Origin: an uncultured delta proteobacterium
Lineage (GTDB): Bacteria; Myxococcota; Myxococcia; SLRQ01
DNA: 64,000 bases
Reading direction: 5' to 3'
Assembly: GCA_963727485.1 (NCBI GenBank)
Contig: CAVSGM010000002.1
Location: 256,001 to 320,000 of the forward strand
Shown: one piece after another, positions 10,708 to 20,827 of the stretch
Numbering within the stretch: position 1 is the stretch's first letter
Layout of the letters: the number at the start of each line of letters is the position of its first letter
Position numbers and translations under genes: made by a program
The notes under the pieces: generated by a model
Told to the model about the DNA's origin: nothing
Databases searched by the model: none
What the model saw: only the letters and a program-made list of their open reading frames with translations

Positions 10708-11877
10708 ATGGACCGACGCCTCGACCTCAAGTCGCTGCCCCTCGACCGGCTCACCGCCGAGGTGACCGGCCCCCTCGGGGAGCGCCCGTTCCGGGCCAGG
10801 CAGATCTACAAGTGGCTCCACCAGCGGGGCGCCAACGCCTTCGAGGAGATGACCGACCTCTCCCAGGGCCTGCGCACCCGCCTCGCCGAGGCCTACCAGC
10901 TCTCCACCCTCGAGCTCGCCGAGGCCCGGGAGAGCCGGGACGGGACGGTGAAGTTCCGCTTCCGCACCGTCGACGACCGCTCCATCGAGTCGGTCTACAT
11001 CCCCGAGTGGCCGGACCGGACGGGCGACGCCGAAGCCCCGGACGCCCCCCCGGCCCGGCAGACCCTCTGCGTCAGCTCCCAGGTGGGCTGCGCCATGGCC
11101 TGTGCCTTCTGCATGACCGGCACCATGGGCTTCCTCCGCAACCTCCGGGCCGGGGAGATCGTGGCCCAGGTCCACCAGGTCAACGCCTGGCTCATGGCGC
11201 GGGGCGCCCCGGGGCCGCGGCCCCTGACCAACCTGGTGTTCATGGGGATGGGCGAGCCGCTGCACAACTACTTCGAGGTGAAGCGGGCGCTGGACATCCT
11301 GGTCTCCGTCGAGGGGCCCAACTTCTCCACCCGCCGCGTCACCGTGAGCACCAGCGGCCTGGTGCCGATGATGAAGCGCCTGGGCGAGGAGACCGACGTC
11401 AAGCTCGCCGTCTCCCTCACCGGCACCACCGACCAGGCCCGGGACCGCCTGATGCCGGTGAACCGCAAGTGGCCCATCGCCGAGGTCCTCGACGCCTGCC
11501 GGGCCTTCCCCCTGCGCTACGGCCGGCGCATCACCTTCGAGTACGTGCTCCTCCGGGGCGAGACCGACACCCTCGAGGACGCCGAGCGCCTCGCCGACCT
11601 CCTCCGGGGCATCCCCGCCAAGGTGAACCTCATCGCCTACAACGAGGGCCGCGACCTCGACGACCCCGACGCCCCCCCGCCGCTGGGGTTCTACCGCCCC
11701 GACGACGCCACGGTGGCGGCCTTCCGGCAGCGCATGGCCGACAAGGGGCTCACCGCGGTCATCCGCCGGAGCCGGGGCCGGGACGTCGCCGCCGCCTGCG
11801 GGCAGCTCGCGGTGGAGGGTGGGCGCCGGCGCCCGTCGGTGTACGATGGCCCCGATGGGAACCGTTCCTCCGCCTGA
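10708..11877 (+). CDS. rlmN: 23S rRNA (A2503-C2) methyltransferase
   Basis: CVSSQVGCAMACAFC, MGMGEP, AACGQL. Confidence 0.95.
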   Translation: MDRRLDLKSLPLDRLTAEVTGPLGERPFRARQIYKWLHQRGANAFEEMTDLSQGLRTRLAEAYQLSTLELAEARESRDGTVKFRFRTVDDRSIESVYIPEWPDRTGDAEAPDAPPARQTLCVSSQVGCAMACAFCMTGTMGFLRNLRAGEIVAQVHQVNAWLMARGAPGPRPLTNLVFMGMGEPLHNYFEVKRALDILVSVEGPNFSTRRVTVSTSGLVPMMKRLGEETDVKLAVSLTGTTDQARDRLMPVNRKWPIAEVLDACRAFPLRYGRRITFEYVLLRGETDTLEDAERLADLLRGIPAKVNLIAYNEGRDLDDPDAPPPLGFYRPDDATVAAFRQRMADKGLTAVIRRSRGRDVAAACGQLAVEGGRRRPSVYDGPDGNRSSA

Positions 11878-13710
11878 GGTCCTCGCCGGCGCCGACGTCC
11901 CGCGCACCGCGGAGGCCTTCGACGTCGAGCTGGTCGCCGGCATCCTCCACCAGGCCGGGGCCGTCGACGAGGGGACCCGCCGGGACATCCTGGTCCGGCA
12001 GCGGGCCCAGCGTGCCCGGATCCTCAAGGCCCACGGCGCCGGGCCCCGGGGCACCCGCTACACGGTGTCGCCGGTGGAGCTCATCGCCTCCCTCGAGCTC
12101 CCCGACGCCCGGCGCGAGGGCGACCTCCTCGACCAGGACCGGATCACCGAGCTGGTGGGTCAGGCGCTGCACTTCCCCACCCGGAAGATCGACCCCCTGA
12201 AGCTCGACATGCAGCTCATCACCCGGGCCATGAGCCGCAGCTTCGCCCGGAGCCACGGGTGCCTGCCCCTCACCCAGGTCGACGGGGTGGTGGAGCTGGC
12301 GGTCGCCAACCCCTGGGACCAGATGCTCTTCGAGAACCTCCGCCACGTGATCCAGGCGGAGATCCGGCCGGTGTTCTGCGCCAAGGCCGACATCCTCCAG
12401 GGCATCACCGACGTCTACGGCTTCAAGACCAGCGTCAACGCCGCCATGAACGAGTCGGTGGTCGACGTGAGCAGCCAGGTGGGCAACCTCGAGCAGCTCG
12501 TCCACCTCTCCGACCAGCAGAGCCTCGAGGCCAACGACCGGCCGGTGGTCAACGCCGTGGAGTACCTGCTCCACTACGCCTTCGACCAGCGGGCCTCCGA
12601 CGTCCACGTGGAGCCCAAGCGCGAGCACACCATGGTGCGGATGCGCATCGACGGGGTCCTCCACGACGTCTACAAGGTGCCGCGCGGCGTCCACGCGCCC
12701 ATCGTGGCGCGGCTGAAGATCCTGGCGCGGATGGACGTCGCCGAGAAGCGTCGGCCCCAGGACGGCCGCATCAAGACGCGGCGCGGGGACCGGGAGGTGG
12801 AGCTGCGGGTGTCCACGGTGCCGGTGGCCTTCGGCGAGAAGGTCGTGCTCCGGGTCTTCGACCCCGAGATCCTCCTCCAGGACCTCTCGGAGCTCGGCTT
12901 CTACGAGGAGGAGCGCAGCCGCTTCGAGTCGTGGATTGCGCGGCCCCACGGGATGGTGCTGGTCACCGGGCCCACCGGCAGCGGCAAGACCACCACCCTC
13001 TACTCGGCGCTCCTGGCCCTGACCCGCCCCGACGTCAACGTGGTCACCCTCGAGGACCCGGTGGAGCTGGTCCACGAGGCCTTCAACCAGATCTCCATCC
13101 AGCCGGGCATCGGCCTGGGCTTCGCCGAGGCCCTGCGCCACGTGCTGCGCCAGGACCCGGACATCGTCATGGTCGGCGAGATCCGCGACGGGGAGACGGC
13201 GCGCTACGCGGTGCAGGCGGCCCTCACCGGCCACCTGGTGCTCTCGACCCTCCACACCAACGACGCCGCCAGCGCCGTGGTCCGGCTCCGGGACCTGGGG
13301 GTCCCGCCGTTCCTCCTCTCCAGCACCCTGCTGGGGACCATGGCCCAAAGGCTGGTGCGCCGGATCTGTCCCCGGTGCGCCGAGCCCGAGCCCCTCACCA
13401 TCGACCAGCTCGCCGCCCTCGGCGTCGCCCACCCCGAGGACTACGCCGGGAAGATCCCGGCGCGGGTGGGCCGCGGCTGCAACAAGTGCCGGGGCACCGG
13501 CTACTTCGGCCGCACCGGGATCTTCGAGCTCCTCGACGTGAGCCCCAAGAATCCGCACGGTCATCGGCGACGCCGCCGACGACCGGGCCCTCTTCGACGT
13601 CGCCCGGGCCGACGGGATGCGCACCCTCCGGGAGCACGCCCTGCGCAAGCTCGCCGACGGGGTGACCTCCTTCGACGAGATCTACCCGGGCCACCGTGGA
13701 GATGGGATGA
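11846..13710 (+). CDS. GspE/PilB-family secretion ATPase (frameshifts ~13550, ~13685)
   Basis: ASDVHVEP, GPTGSGKTTT, LRQDPD, TGHLVLSTLHTN, CPRC/CNKC; C-terminal GMRTLRE..G.TSFDEI lies in another frame. Confidence 0.9.
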
Positions 13711-15173
13711 GCCTCGCCCCGACCACCCAGGAGCTGCTGCGCCTGTGGCAGGCCCAGTGGCCCTACGTCCACCTGGAGACCGAGGAGGAGGTCCGGGCCG
13801 GGCGGGCGGCCGCGGCGGCGGCAGCGTCTCTGGGGGTGCCGGTCTACAGCTGGACGGCCACCGGGGGGCTCGGCGGCCGGGATGATCTCGCCAGCCCCGA
13901 GGCGGCGCTCTCGGCGTTCGCCGCCGGGGAGGGGGCGGCCCTGCTCCTCCTCTACGACCTCCACCGGTGGCTCGACGACCGCCGCCTGGTGCGCCACCTC
14001 CGGGACCTGGCCCCGCGCCTCGCCGAGGCCGGCCGGTGCGCCGTGGTGGTGGCGCCGCCCTTCGAGCTCCCCCAGGAGCTCAAGGCCGAGTTCGCGGTGG
14101 TCCCGGTGCCGGCCCCGGACGCCGACGAGCTCGCACAGATCCTCGGCGTCGAACCTGGGGCGGTCGCCTCGCTCCCGCTCATCCAGGCCGCCCAGGGGCT
14201 CCCCGAGGCGGTGGCCCGTCGGGCCTTCGCCGAGGCCCGGAGCGTCACCGGCGGCGACGCGGTGGAGGTGGTCCTCGGGGAGAAGCGCCGCCACCTCCGC
14301 GACGCCTTCGCCCTGGAGGTGGTCCAGGACCGGGTGGGCTTCTCCGCGGTGGGGGGCCTCGAGGCCCTCAAGCAGTGGCTCAGCGAGCGCGCCGGGGCCT
14401 TCACCGACGAGGCCCGCCAGTTCGGCCTCCCGGCGCCCAAGGGGGCGCTCCTCCTCGGGGTCCAGGGCTGCGGCAAGAGCCTCTCGGCCAAGGCGGTGGC
14501 CGACCACTGGCGCCTGCCGCTCCTGCGCCTCGACCTCGCGGCGATCTTCGGCGGCGACACCCCGCCGGAGACGGGGTTGCGCCGGGCCCTCGGGGCCGCG
14601 GAGCAGATGGCGCCCCTGGTCCTCTGGATCGACGAGATCGAGAAGGGCTTCGCCGGCGCCGATCCCGAGGCCGAGGGCGCGGCCCCTGCCGCGGCCCGGG
14701 TCCTCGGCGCCTTCGCCACCTGGCTCCAGGAGAAGACCGCCCCGGTCTTCGTGGTCGCCACCGCCAACGAGGTGAAGGGCCTGCCCCCGGAGCTGCTGCG
14801 ACGGGGCCGCTTCGACGAGATCTTCTTCGTGGACCTCCCCGACGAGCCGGCCCGGGTCGACATCCTCGGGGTCCACCTCCAGCGCCGAGCCCGGGATCCC
14901 GCCCGCTTCCCCGTCGCCGCGCTCGCGGCGAAGACCGAGCACTTCTCCGGCGCCGAGCTGGAGCAGGTGGTGGTCTCGGCCCTCTACCGGGCCTTCGGGG
15001 CAGGGCGGAACCTCGACGGTGACGACCTGGTCCGCGCCGCCGCCGACACCGTGCCCCTCTACCGGACCTACGAGGAGCGGGTGAAGGCGCTGCGGGCCTG
15101 GGCCAAGGGCCGGGCGCGCCCGGCGGGCCGCGCCGAGGCGGTGGTCGACCTGCTCCGGGGCGGCGCGGGGTAG
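13707..15173 (+). CDS. AAA+ ATPase, Ycf46-like
   Basis: GVQGCGKS, LWIDEIEK, LPPELLRRGRFDEIFFVDLP, FSGAELEQ; ATGA overlap with the upstream gene. Confidence 0.88.
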   Translation: MSLAPTTQELLRLWQAQWPYVHLETEEEVRAGRAAAAAAASLGVPVYSWTATGGLGGRDDLASPEAALSAFAAGEGAALLLLYDLHRWLDDRRLVRHLRDLAPRLAEAGRCAVVVAPPFELPQELKAEFAVVPVPAPDADELAQILGVEPGAVASLPLIQAAQGLPEAVARRAFAEARSVTGGDAVEVVLGEKRRHLRDAFALEVVQDRVGFSAVGGLEALKQWLSERAGAFTDEARQFGLPAPKGALLLGVQGCGKSLSAKAVADHWRLPLLRLDLAAIFGGDTPPETGLRRALGAAEQMAPLVLWIDEIEKGFAGADPEAEGAAPAAARVLGAFATWLQEKTAPVFVVATANEVKGLPPELLRRGRFDEIFFVDLPDEPARVDILGVHLQRRARDPARFPVAALAAKTEHFSGAELEQVVVSALYRAFGAGRNLDGDDLVRAAADTVPLYRTYEERVKALRAWAKGRARPAGRAEAVVDLLRGGAG

Positions 15174-15246
15174 GGCGCCTTGCGGGTGCCGCCGGGATGG
15201 GCCCCGCTGGCCCTCGCCGGCGGGTTCTGGTAACCAGCACGGCGCC

Positions 15247-16113
15247 ATGACCAAGGACATCCTCGGCGTCATCGGAGGCAGCGGCCTCTACGACTTCCCC
15301 GGCCTCACCGACGTGGAGCGCGTCTCCCTGGACACGCCCTTCGGCAAACCCTCGGATGTCTACGTCCGGGGCAAGGTCGGCGACACCACGGTGGTCTTCC
15401 TCCCGCGGCACGGGGTGGGGCACCGGCTCACGCCCACCGAGATCAACCACCGGGCGAACATCTGGGGGATGAAGAAGCTCGGGGTCACCCGCATCCTCTC
15501 CATCAGCGCCGTGGGATCCATGCAGGAGCGCATCAAGCCCGGCGACGTGGTGGTGGTCGACCAGTTCTTCGACCGCACCAAGACCCGCATCCCCACCTTC
15601 TTCGGCGACGGCCTGGTGGCCCACGTGGCCTTCGCCGACCCGGTCTGCGGCGAGCTCGCCGAGGTGGTCCACGCGGCGGCCAAGGGCACCGACGGCGGCA
15701 CCCACCAGGGCGGCACCTACGTGTGCATGGAGGGCCCGGCGTTCTCCACCCGCGCCGAGTCGCGCATCTACCGCCAGTGGGGCGTGGAGGTCATCGGGAT
15801 GACCAACGTCCCCGAGGCCAAGCTCGCCCGGGAGGCGGAGCTCTGCTACGCCACCTTGGCGCTGGCCACCGACTACGACTGCTGGCACGAGACCGAGGAC
15901 GACGTCACCGTGGACGCGGTGGTGGCCATCCTCAAGAAGAACGTGGCCCGGGCCCAGGAGGTCATCCGCGGGGTCGCAGCCAAGCTCCCCGAGGCCCGCG
16001 GCTGCGCCTGCGGCCACGCCCTCGACCACGCCATCCTCACCGATCCCACGACCATCCCCCCCGAGACCCGGAAGCGTCTCGCGCTCATCGTCGACCGGGT
16101 CCTGCCCCGGTAG
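15247..16113 (+). CDS. mtnP: S-methyl-5'-thioadenosine phosphorylase
   Basis: GVIGGSGLY, FLPRHG, EGPAFSTRAES, GMTNVPEAKLAREAE, TDYDCW. Confidence 0.94.
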   Translation: MTKDILGVIGGSGLYDFPGLTDVERVSLDTPFGKPSDVYVRGKVGDTTVVFLPRHGVGHRLTPTEINHRANIWGMKKLGVTRILSISAVGSMQERIKPGDVVVVDQFFDRTKTRIPTFFGDGLVAHVAFADPVCGELAEVVHAAAKGTDGGTHQGGTYVCMEGPAFSTRAESRIYRQWGVEVIGMTNVPEAKLAREAELCYATLALATDYDCWHETEDDVTVDAVVAILKKNVARAQEVIRGVAAKLPEARGCACGHALDHAILTDPTTIPPETRKRLALIVDRVLPR

Positions 16114-16135
16114 CGCCACCTTCGGAGGTACACGC

Positions 16136-17071
16136 ATGTCCCTGCTCGTCGTCGGCTCCATGGCCCTGGACTCCATCGAGACACCCTTCGAGCAGCGCGA
16201 CGACGTGTGGGGCGGCTCGGCCACCTACTTCTCCGCCGCCGCCTCGCACTTCACCGAGGTGGAGCTCGTGGCCGTCGTGGGCAACGACTTCCCCGAGCCG
16301 GTCCTCGACTACCTGAAGAGCCGGCAGGTCGACCTCGCGGGCATCCACCGCGCCGACGGCCCCACCTTCCGCTGGAAGGGCCGCTACAGCTACACCCTCG
16401 AGGACCGCGAGACCCTCGACACCCAGCTCGGGGTCTTCGAGCACTTCGATCCCAAGATCCCCGAGGCCTACCGGGACGCCGAGCTGGTCTTCCTCGCCAA
16501 CATCGACCCGGACCTCCAGCGCCAGGTCCTCGAGCAGGTGAAGGGGCCGCGGCTGGTCGCCTGCGACACCATGAACTTCTGGATCTCGGGGAAGCCCGAG
16601 TCCCTGAAGCAGACCCTCTCCAAGGTCGACCTGCTCATCATCAACGACGGGGAGGCGCGTCAGCTCGCCGGTGAGCACAACATCGTCCGGGCGGCGAAGG
16701 TCATCCGGGAGATGGGCCCCAAGCGCCTCATCGTGAAGCGCGGCGAGTACGGGGCGACCCTCTTCGACGGCGACCACGTCTTCGTGGCCCCGGCGTTCCC
16801 CCTCTACGACGTGGTCGATCCCACCGGCGCCGGCGACAGCTTCGCCGGGGGCCTCATGGGCTACCTCGCCGGCGTCGAAGAGGTGAACAGCACCACGTTG
16901 CGCCAGGCGATGATCGCCGGGAGCGCCCTGGCGTCGTTCACCGTCCAGGGCTTCGGCCTCGACCGCCTCAAGACGGTGCACAACGGCGAGATCTCCGAGC
17001 GGGCCCAGGCCTTCAAGGCCCTGACCCACTTCGACGAGATCGGCGACGCGGCCCTGCGAACGGTGGCTTGA
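16136..17071 (+). CDS. PfkB-family sugar/nucleoside kinase
   Basis: VVGSMALD, GGSATY, DPTGAGDSFAGG. Confidence 0.92.
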   Translation: MSLLVVGSMALDSIETPFEQRDDVWGGSATYFSAAASHFTEVELVAVVGNDFPEPVLDYLKSRQVDLAGIHRADGPTFRWKGRYSYTLEDRETLDTQLGVFEHFDPKIPEAYRDAELVFLANIDPDLQRQVLEQVKGPRLVACDTMNFWISGKPESLKQTLSKVDLLIINDGEARQLAGEHNIVRAAKVIREMGPKRLIVKRGEYGATLFDGDHVFVAPAFPLYDVVDPTGAGDSFAGGLMGYLAGVEEVNSTTLRQAMIAGSALASFTVQGFGLDRLKTVHNGEISERAQAFKALTHFDEIGDAALRTVA

Positions 17072-17097
17072 CCGGTCGGTAAGGCGTCGCCTAGAAT
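17068..17097 (+). promoter_or_regulatory. Putative sigma70-type promoter for the PilZ gene
   Basis: TTGACC-18 bp-TAGAAT overlapping the pfkB stop. Confidence 0.45.
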
Positions 17098-17212
17098 CGC
17101 CTCGGACCGATCGAATATCACCGCCCACCGGGCTTCGGGACCCGGTGGGAGGCGTCGACCGGGGGTGACGTCACGGTGCCTGGTTCCGCGGGGGGGCGAC
17201 CCGCTGCAGGCC

Positions 17213-17587
17213 ATGACAGAAAGACGGCGCATCCATCAAAGGGCTCCCCTCCACCGGCGCGTCTGGTGCGAGAGCGGCAGCATCACGATCTACGCCCAGC
17301 TGGCCAACGTGTCGGAGGGCGGGCTCTTCGTGAAGACCTTCGCCCCCCTCTCCGAGGGGGCGCGGGCCCGGGTGCGCTGGGATCTCGAGGAGCAGGATGG
17401 CGAGATCGAGGCCGAGGCGGTGGTGGTCTGGCGCCGGCAGGGGGACGCGGAGAACCGCAACCCGCCGGGGATGGGCCTGCGCTTCGAGCACATCGACCCC
17501 GACGACGTCGATCGCATCCGCCGCTTCGTGGGCGGCGCCCTCGCGGACGCCGAGTCCGCCGAGTCCGCCGAGAGCGCCGACTCCTAG
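17213..17587 (+). CDS. Stand-alone PilZ-domain protein
   Basis: RIHQR (RxxxR), NVSEGGLF, PPGMGLRF. Confidence 0.88.
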   Translation: MTERRRIHQRAPLHRRVWCESGSITIYAQLANVSEGGLFVKTFAPLSEGARARVRWDLEEQDGEIEAEAVVVWRRQGDAENRNPPGMGLRFEHIDPDDVDRIRRFVGGALADAESAESAESADS

Positions 17588-17692
17588 CCGGCGCCGGGAC
17601 CGTCGGCGCGGGTCCGGCCCCGGCGCCGACCGGCCGTCCCCGTTGAGGGTGGAGGCGGTGCGTGCTAGCGTCGGCCGACGGGTGCACGACTG

Positions 17693-18427
17693 ATGCGCAT
17701 CGGCATCTTCTCCGACGTTCATGGAAACCTCGAGGCGTTGACCGGGGTCTTCGCCGCCTACGAGGACCTGGGCGTCGACCGCTACGTGTGTCTCGGGGAC
17801 ATCGTGGGGTATGGCGCCCAGCCCGACGAGTGCGCCAGCCTCATCCGGGAGAAGGCGGACATCGTCATCCTCGGCGACCACGACGCCGCGGTGGCCGGGC
17901 GGATGGACTACTCGTACTACTACGACGCCGCCCGCCGGGCGCTGGACTGGTGTCGGGACCGCCTCACCCAGTCGAACCTCGAGTGGCTCCAGACCCTGCC
18001 CTACGAGGCCGCCGACGGGCCCGAGGTGAAGTACACCCACGGCAACCCCCTGAACCCCCCGGCCTTCGAGTACATCTTCGCCCTCGAGCAGGCCCGGGAG
18101 CTCCTCCCCCACACCGAGCGCCTGGCCCAGGCGAACTTCATCGGCCACTCCCACCTGTGCAAGAGCTTCGCCCTGGGGAACGACGAGGCGGTGGACGTGG
18201 TGGCCCAGCGCTTCGGCCTGCGCAAGGGCTTCCGCTACGTCATCACCGTGGGGAGCGTGGGCCAGCCCCGGGACTACGACAACCGGGCGTGCTGCGGGGT
18301 CTACGACACCGACCAGCACACCTTCGAGTACGTCCGGGTCGAGTACGACATCGAGTCGGCGGCCCGGAAGATCTTCGAGGCCGACCTCGCCCTGAACTTC
18401 GGCAAGCGGCTGTTCCTGGGCATCTAG
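17693..18427 (+). CDS. Metallophosphoesterase
   Basis: SDVHGN, LGDIVGYG, GDHD, GHSH, GSVGQPRD. Confidence 0.9.
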   Translation: MRIGIFSDVHGNLEALTGVFAAYEDLGVDRYVCLGDIVGYGAQPDECASLIREKADIVILGDHDAAVAGRMDYSYYYDAARRALDWCRDRLTQSNLEWLQTLPYEAADGPEVKYTHGNPLNPPAFEYIFALEQARELLPHTERLAQANFIGHSHLCKSFALGNDEAVDVVAQRFGLRKGFRYVITVGSVGQPRDYDNRACCGVYDTDQHTFEYVRVEYDIESAARKIFEADLALNFGKRLFLGI

Positions 18428-18436
18428 GCCCGGGCG

Positions 18437-20718
18437 TCAGCCGCCCACCAGCGACAGGTGGGTGCCCAGGCTGGCGGCGTGGACCGCCCCCTCGGCGTCG
18501 GCGACGAAGAGGCCCAGGTGGTCGTCGACCACCAGGGAGGTGGCGGCGAAGGGCGGGGGAGCTCGGCGTGGCCCAACAGGTCCCCGGTCTCGGCGTCGAG
18601 GGCCACCACCTGCTCCCGGGCGGCGACCACCACCCCCCGGGCGGCGGCGAGGCGGGCGGGGCCGGTGGCCTCCCCGGCGGCGAAGGCGGCCAGGCCCCAC
18701 TGGGGGGTCCCCCGGCCGTCGAAGGCGGCGAGGTGGCCCCGGGCGTCGGCGGCGAAGAGGCGCCCCCGGGTGGGGAGCAGGGCCGGGGCGCCCTCGAGGC
18801 CCGGGAGGAGGCGGCGGGCGAGGCCCCCCGCCCGGAGGACCACCACCGCGGCCTCGCCGGCAGTGCTCCCGCCGATCCACAGGCGGCCGCCGAAGGGGAT
18901 GGCGGCGGAGACCTCGTCCACGGGCAGGGGGTGGAGGCGCAGGCCGTCGCCGGTGACCGCGTCGGCGAGGGCCACCGCCGGGGCGCCGCCGGCCTCTCCG
19001 ACCAGCGCCACCTCGTTGCCCAGGGCCAGGGGTGGGGTGGCGGCGTTGAGGCCGGTGCGCACCCGCCACCGGACCCGGCCGTCGACCGGGTCCAGGCCAT
19101 AGGCGAAGCCCGTGTCGGTGGCCACCAGGACCCCGCCGGGGCCGCCGCCGAGCTCGCAGCGCCGGGCCCCGGGGGGCACGAAGCGCCAGGCGACGGTGCC
19201 GTCGGCCTCGGTGAAGGCGATCACCGAGCGGCCGTCGAGGGACAGGACCAGGCGGTGGGGCGCGCGCAGGTACCGGGGCGCCCCCCAGGGTCCCCCGGGG
19301 CGCTCCGCCGGGGCCGACCAGGCCGTGGCGCCGGCGCTGGTGCACAGGTCGAGGCCCATGGGGCCGGCGAGGAGCACCGGGTCGGTGCGCCGGGGGCCCA
19401 CCCAGAGCGCCTCCACCGCCGGGCGGTCGAAGGCCGGGGCACCGGTGGCCCGGTCGAGGGCGAAGATCCCGTCCTCCCCGGCGACGAGCATCCGCCGCCC
19501 GAAGGGGACGAGCCCCGGGGCCAGGAGCGGCCCGGCGTCGAAGGACCACCGGCGGCGCCAGGCGAGGCGCCGGAGGCGGTGGGGGCCGAGGGGTTGTGCC
19601 GATCCCCGGTCGGTGGCGGCGGTCACGGTGGCGTGGCGCGGGGGCCGCCGGGCGGTGACGTCGCCGTCGAGGAGCTGGCGGCAGTGGGCGTGGAGCTCGG
19701 CGGCGTCGCCGGCGAGGTCCCGGAGGAAGGCGTTGCGGCCCTGGGCCGGGGCCCGGGCGACGAAGGATCGGGCGAGCTCGAGGGCCCCGGTGAGGAGGGC
19801 GTCGGCGAGCTCCAGGGCCCCGGCCTCGCAGGTCCCCTCGGGGCCCGAGACCCGCCCCGCGGCGAGGTCCACCTCGAGCTCCGCGCCGCCGAAGTGGAGG
19901 CGGACCACGTGCTCGTCGTGCTCCCAGGCCGCGAGCAGGTCGACGACCTCCCCGACCAGGGCCCGGAAGGCGAGGAACGGCGGGCCCTCCCACACGGCGA
20001 GGACCGTGCCCCCGGCCCGGAGGCGGACCCGGCCCGGGGCCAGGAGCGAGTGGAGGTCCCCCTCGCCGTCGGGCTCGCAGGTGTCGAGCTGGTCGCCGTC
20101 GTCGCTGAGCTCGAGATCGCAGGCGAGGCGCCCGGCGGGACCCTCGACCCGGGGGGCCGGGCGGGGCGCCGGGGCCTCGGTGGGGGCCGCCTCCCGGGCG
20201 AGGCCCCGGCGGCGCCGGCCCCGGAGGTGTCGCAGGGTGCTGGTCACCGCCGCAGCGTAGGGGCCCCGGGCGAGGGACGGGGCCAGGGCCTCCAGGTCTG
20301 CCAGGATCTCCTCGAGGCAGGCCCGAACCGCGTCGAAGAAGTCCGAGGCGTCGAGCTCCAGGTCCTGGACCCGGACCTCCGGCGGGGGGCCGAGCTGGAC
20401 CAGCGTCAGGGAGAGCGCCGGCCCCCGGCGGACCAGGAGCAGCTCCATGGGGATCGCCCCGAAGGTCACCGAGGCCTTGGGGGCGCCCCGGGCGAGGCGC
20501 TCGGCGGCCCGGGCGAGATCGCCGGCCACCCGGAACACGTCGTCCTCCCGGACCCCGGCGGCGAGGTCGACCCCGTCCACCTCGATGGCGAGGACGTCGA
20601 GGACCTCCGTCTCGGCGAGGGCCCCGCCCCCGGCCGCCAGGCGCAGGAGGGCCTCCCGGTAGGCGGGGTTCAGGCGCCAGGTGCGCCCGACGCGGAGGCG
20701 GAGTCCGGCGGCGTCCAT
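18437..20718 (-). CDS. Protein with C-terminal PQQ/BamB-like beta-propeller (frameshift ~18555)
   Basis: Repeated ALDxxTG / DGxVxWR blades; last blade (LVVDDHLGLFVADAEG) continues in another frame. Confidence 0.75.
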
Positions 20719-20827
20719 CGGGTCGATGCTAGGGCCGTGGCCACGGGCGGTGCAACCCGATCCCCCCGGATCCCGGGGCGAATCCCGCTTTACGCCAGGA
20801 CCGGTGCGGGCTAGATTCCGACGCCCA

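Noticed and set aside
13617..15173. 518-aa AAA ORF starting MRTLREHALRK
   Set aside because: The first 30 residues are the frameshifted end of the GspE ATPase; the true start is ATG 13707.
17662..20814. Long antisense or alternate-frame ORFs (1050 aa here; also 52502-57427, 42564-46070, 32125-34770)
   Set aside because: Arg/Pro/Gly-rich shadows of real genes, expected in high-GC DNA with few stop codons.
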